The translations under genes and the position numbers were made by a program. 64,000 nt of DNA. Origin: Ginglymostoma cirratum. Taxonomy: Eukaryota. This document shows positions 59,015 to 64,000 of this stretch, piece after piece (position 1 is the stretch's first letter; each line of letters begins with the position of its first letter). The notes beneath the pieces are model-generated. The model searched no databases and was not told the DNA's origin. It saw only the letters and a program-made list of their open reading frames with translations. The DNA lies in the NCBI GenBank assembly GCA_024137785.1, contig JAHRHZ010000002.1, forward strand, positions 636,841 to 700,840. Direction: 5' to 3'.

Positions 59015-61779
59015 ATGTGGCAAGGGTCTGGGAACCAGAGGAGAAGACTAGTAGACAGTGAGGTGGAAACTAGAGACTGTAAGGATCATGAAGTTAGCAT
59101 TACCAAGGGGAAGAGTAGGCAGAGAGCAGATGAACGCAAAGGAACTGGTGGTCTGAAGTGCATATACTTTAATGCAAGGAGTATAGTGGGTAAGGCAGAC
59201 GAACTTAGGTCTTGGATTAGTGCCTGGGAGTATGATGTTATTGCGATCACAGAGACTTGGTTGAGGGAAGGGGATGATTGGCAACTAAATGTCCCAGGAT
59301 ATAGATGCTTCAGACAGGACAGGGAGGGAAGTAAAAGGGGGGGAGGAGTTGCATTGCTGGTCAGGGATGATATCACGGCTGTGCTAAAGGAGGGCACTAT
59401 GGAGGGCTTGAGCAGTGAGGCATTATGGGTAGAGCTGAGAAATAAGAAGGGTGCAGTTACATTGTTGGCGCTGTACTACAGGCCTCCCAACAGTGAGCGT
59501 GAGGTAGAAGACCAAATAGGTCGACAGATTATGGAAAGATGTAGAGGTAACAGGGTGGTGGTGATGGGAGATTTTAATTTTCCCAACATTGACTGGGATA
59601 CACTTAGTGTCAGAGGTCTGGATGGGGCAGAATTTGTAAGGAGCATCCAGGAAAGTTTTCTAGAGCAGTATGTCAATAGTCCAACTAGGGAAGGGGCCAT
59701 ATTGGACCTAGTGTTGGGGAATGAGCCAGGCCAGGTGGTAGAAGTTGCAGTGGGGGATTTCTTTGGGAATAGTGACCACAATTCTGTAAGTTTTAGAATA
59801 CTCGTAGACAAAGATGAGAGTGGTCCTAAGGGAAGAATACTAAACTGGGCCAAGGCCAATTATATCAAAATTCGGCAGGAGCTAGGAAATGTGGATTGGG
59901 GGCAGCTATTTGAAGGGAAGTCCACATTTGATATGTGGGAGGCTTTCAAAGATAGGTTGAAGATAGTGCAGGATAGGCATGTCCCTTTGAAAACAAGGGA
60001 TAGGAAAGGAAAGATTCGTGAACCGTGGATGACAGGAGAAATCGTGCGACTAGCCAAGAGGAAAAGGGAAGCGTACATAAGGTCCAGGCAGCTAAGAACA
60101 GAACGGTCCTTGGAGGAATATCGGGAGAGTAGGACCAATCTTAAACGAGGAATCAAGCGGGCTAAAAGGGGTCATGAAATAACTTTAACCAACAGAATTA
60201 AGGAGAATCCCAAGGCCTTTTATTCATATATAAGAAGCAGGAGGGTAACTAGAGAAAGGGTTGGTCCACTAAAGGATAAGGAAGGAAGGAAGGTTTTGTG
60301 TCGAACCTGAGAAAATGGGTGAGATTCTCAATGATTACTTTGCATCAGTGTTCACTGAGGAGAGGGACATGATGAATGTTGAGATTAGAGATAGAAGTTT
60401 GTTTACTCTGGATCACGTTGACATAAGGAGGGAAGATGTGTTGGGTAGGCTAAAGGATATTAAGGTGGACAAATCCCCAGGACCGGATGGGATCTATCCC
60501 AGGATGCTGAGGGAGGCGAGAGAGGAAATAGCTGGGGCCCTGACAGATATCGTTGCAGCATCCTTAAACACAGGTGAAGTGCCGGAGGACTGGAGAGTTG
60601 CTAATGTTGTCCCCCTGTACAAGAGGGGTAGTAGGGATATTCCAGGTAACTACAGACCAGTAAGCCTGACGTCAGTGGTGGGAAAGTTGCTGGAGAAGGT
60701 ACTGAGGGATAGAATCTATTTATATTTGGAAAAGAATGGGCTTATCAGTGATAGGCAACATGGTTTTGTGCAGGGGAGATCATGCCTTACTAACTTAATA
60801 GAGTTCTTTGAGGAAGTGACCAAGTTGATAGATGAAGGAAGGGCTGTAGATGTCATCTACATGGACTTTAGTAAGGCGTTTGATAAGGTTCCCCATCGTA
60901 AACTAATGGAGAAAGTGAAGTCACATGGTGTGCAGGGTGTTCTAGCTAGGTGGATAAAGAACTGGTTGAGCAACAGGAGACAGAGAGTAGTAGTTGAAGG
61001 GAGTTTCTCGAAATGGAGAAAGGTGACCAGTGGTGTTCCACAGGGATCAGTACTGGGGCCACTGTTGTTTGTGATATCCATCAATGATCTGGAAGAGGGC
61101 ATAAGTGGTCTGATCAGTAAGTTTGCAGATGACACAAAGATTGGGGGAGTAGCAGAAAGCATAGGGGATTGTCAAAGAATACAGGAGAATATAGATAGAC
61201 TGGAGAGTTGGGCGGAGAAGTGGCAGATGGAGTTCAATCCGGGCAAGTGTGAGGTGATGCATTTTGGGAGGTCTAATTCTAGAGCGAACTATACTGTAAA
61301 CGGAAGAGCCTTGGGAAAAGTTGATGAGCAGAGAGATCTGGGAGTTCAGGTCCATTGTACCCTGAAGGTGGCTGCACAGGTGGATAGAGTGGTCAAGAAG
61401 GCATATGGTATGCTTGCCTTCATCGGACGGGGTATTGAGTATAAGAGCTGGCAGGTCATGTTAAAATTGTACAAGACTTTGGTTTGGCCGCATTTAGAAT
61501 ACTGTGTACAGTTCTGGTCGCCACATTACCAAAAGGATGTGGAAGCTTTGGAGAGGGTACAGAGAAGGTTTACGAGGATGTTGCCTGATATGGAAGGTGC
61601 TAGCTATGAAGAGAGGTTGAGTAGGTTAGGATTGTTTTCATTAGAAAAAAGGAGATTGAGGGGGGACCTGATTGAGGTCTTCAAAATCATGAAGGGTACA
61701 GACAGGGTTGATAGAGATAAGCTTTTTCCCAGGGTGAGGGATTCAATAACGAGGGGTCACGCGTTCAAGGTGAGAGGAG
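59015..61779 (+). pseudogene. CR1 ORF2 (APE + RT), frameshift near 60290
   Basis: IYFNARS, AITETWL, YYRPP, MGDFN, SDHN; NYRPVSLTS, GVPQGSVLGP, KFADD; GGAA slippage at 60279-60293. Confidence 0.9.
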
Positions 61780-61781
61780 AA

Positions 61782-62507
61782 CATAGAACATAGAACAATA
61801 CAGCGCAGAACAGGCCCTTCGGCCCTCGATGTTGCGCCGACCTGTGAACTAATCTAAGCCCATCCCCCTACACTATCCCATCATCATCCATATGCTTATC
61901 CAAGGACTGTTTAAATGCCCCTAATGTGGCTGAGTTAACTACACTGGCAGGCAGGGCATTCCACGCCCTTACCACTCTCTGAGTAAAGAACCTGCCTCTG
62001 ACATCTGTCTTAAATCTATCACCCCTCAACTTGCAGCTGTGCCCCCTTGTACTAGCCGACGTCATCATCCTAGGAAAAAGACTCTCACTGTCCACCCTAT
62101 CTCATCCTCTGATCATCTTGTAGGTCTCTATTAAATCCCCTCTTAGCCTTCTTCTCTCCAATGAGAACAGACCCAAGTCCCTCAGTCTTTCCTCATAAGA
62201 CCATCGCTCCAGACCAGGCAACATCCTGGTAAATCTGCTCTGCACCTTTTCCAATGCTTCCACATCCTTCCTGTAATGGGGTGACCAGAACTGTACGCAA
62301 TATTCCAAGTGAGGCCGCACTAGCGTTTTGTACAGTTGCAGCATGACATCACGGCTCCGGAACTCAATCCCTCTACCAATGAAACCTAACACACCATATG
62401 CCTTCTTAACAGCACTATCAACCTGGGCGGCAACTTTCAGGGATCTATGTACCTGGACACCAAGATCCCTCTGCACATCCACACTACCAAGAATCTTTCA
62501 CTACCAA
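61782..62507 (-). mobile_element. 5'-truncated CR1 of another subfamily nested in the opposite orientation
   Basis: DVQRDLGVQVHRSLK..LVRPHLEYCVQFWSP..WNALP; (TTCTATG)n tail at 61780-61800; GAGAA at 61777-61781 and 62508-62512. Confidence 0.92.
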
Positions 62508-64000
62508 GAGAAAAGTTTAAGGGGGATACACGCGGAAAGTACTTTACACAGAGGGTGGTAGGTGCCTGGAATGCGTTGCCAGCAGAGGTAGTAGAGGCAG
62601 GCACGGTAGATTCATTTAAGGTGCGTCTGGCCAGATGCATGAGTAGGTGGGGAGCAGAGGGATACAGATCCTTAGGAATTGGGCGATAGGTTTAGACAGT
62701 GGATTTGGATCGGCACAGGCTTGGAGGGCCGAAGGGCCTGTTCCTAGGCTGTAAGTTTTCTTTGTTCTTTGTAGTTATATTTTAATCTGTTACAGGGACA
62801 ACTGTGTCAAAGAATATCCCTCACACAATAGAACTGCAAGTTACATCCAACCCATAAGAAGATGTATTAATAACTTTCCAATAATCCTTGCAAAGGGCCA
62901 TAAACAGTTGGCCTTTGTCTCAATGCAAATTGCTTCTTCTTCACCAGGAGGCTTGGTCACATAACTTCCACAGTGTTGAATACTTTTCAACTGTGCAATT
63001 CTGAAATAGCAGACAGATCAGGGGTCAGTACTGCTCCATTCCACATCTACTGACAAAATCTACACTTTTAATTTCACGTGACAAAGGAGAAACCGATAGC
63101 TTGTAAAATGCAGCCACTCACCTGTATTGTGCACTCTGTAAGTAATTCTGCTTTCATAAAATGAGTGAAGCAGAAATCACATTTCAGCAAATCTTCATCA
63201 AAAGACTTTTAAAAATAAACTGCTGACAGCTCTTCAACAGCGGGCTAGCCAATCAACCCACAATAACAAAATGGTAAATCTTGGTCTTATTTTGAATTTA
63301 AGTGGATATCTTGTTTGTTAAGGATGACACACAGTTTACTTGAAAATAGAAACTGAAAAATGGACATTTGGATTATTAGGTTTTTCACAACTCAAAAGAA
63401 AAGTGGAACTGTGTAGTCACTTTGTGGTGACGCAGAACAGATACACGTCCTGGAAGCTGATTCAAATACATTTGTTGGATACATCAGCACTAGATGTTAT
63501 TTCATTAAAATGTAAGATGCCCAGTAACAAAATTTTGATTGGTTATAAATGGGCAATTTGTTACTGGACTGGGAGGAGAAAGATTAGTTGGGACTCAGAC
63601 CTTCAAGCCTGTCAACAAATGAAGTAATATTGAAAGAACTTGTGAAAAAAACAACAAATTCTAATTGAAACCAAGGTCTAGATATAACTGAGTAGCTACT
63701 GAATTGAGGGACTTTTGCAATCAGTAACAACAACAAACTGAGAAAGTCACCTCATTTCATTTTATGGATTGAACTCTAATCCACAGACTTTGTGCATTTT
63801 GACCCGCCTACTTTCAATCCACAATATTCCTAAAATGACTGTTTGTCTCATCGGTCTTGTCCATCTTCTGTGTGAAGTGTCTGAGTGTTTGGATTTAGTT
63901 GGGGGAGTGGGTGGTGGTGGGAAGCTTAGCTAAAGTTTGCATATTAGTAATTAATAATCTTTTTGCCACTTGTTGGTACATAAGGTTGTTACAGTGAATA

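Larger units (their letters stand above)
58573..62772 (+). mobile_element. CR1 LINE with putative 5'UTR, mostly deleted ORF1, and ORF2 interrupted by a nested CR1
   Basis: CpG-rich repeats 58573-58760; ORF1 end ..DGLHLNQTG..LN* (to 59015); ORF2 from 59015; resumes at 62508 (EKFKGDTRGKYFTQRVVGAWNALP); tail GAAGGGCCTGTTCC..TTCTTTGTTCTTTG. Confidence 0.92.

Noticed and set aside
1-64000. CRISPR-like array from the recurring ~36-bp hammerhead motif
   Set aside because: Copies are dispersed, in both orientations, without regular spacers; the DNA is eukaryotic

Overview
Repeat-dense vertebrate genomic DNA. The repeat families (HE1-type V-SINE, Deu-domain SINEs, CR1 LINEs, Penelope-like elements) and the MHC sequence point to a cartilaginous fish, probably a carpet shark (inference). 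One apparently intact host gene: an MHC class I heavy chain of the shark UAA-like type on the minus strand (leader 36201-36252, alpha1 34721-34981, alpha2 32237-32509, alpha3 31333-31605, TM/cytoplasmic 28012-28184; all introns phase 1, GT-AG; 343 aa if translation ends at 28012). A disrupted GPR139-like GPCR pseudogene exon lies at 6808-7735. The rest is mostly retroelements: two long CR1s, many CR1 fragments, Poseidon- and Neptune-type Penelope-like elements (PLEs), SINEs and probable solo LTRs. Two systems stand out. (1) Minimal hammerhead-ribozyme motifs sit in the 3' tails of three PLE families; the tail of one family has spread by itself as ~100-240 bp insertions with 14-15 bp target-site duplications, often as fold-backs centred on the ribozyme. 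(2) An APE-RT LINE carries a tRNA-like Pol III head, and an abundant SINE looks like its head+tail deletion derivative. Two N gaps and an exact 501-bp duplication in 53667-55460 suggest a local assembly artefact. All calls are by eye; repeat boundaries are approximate.
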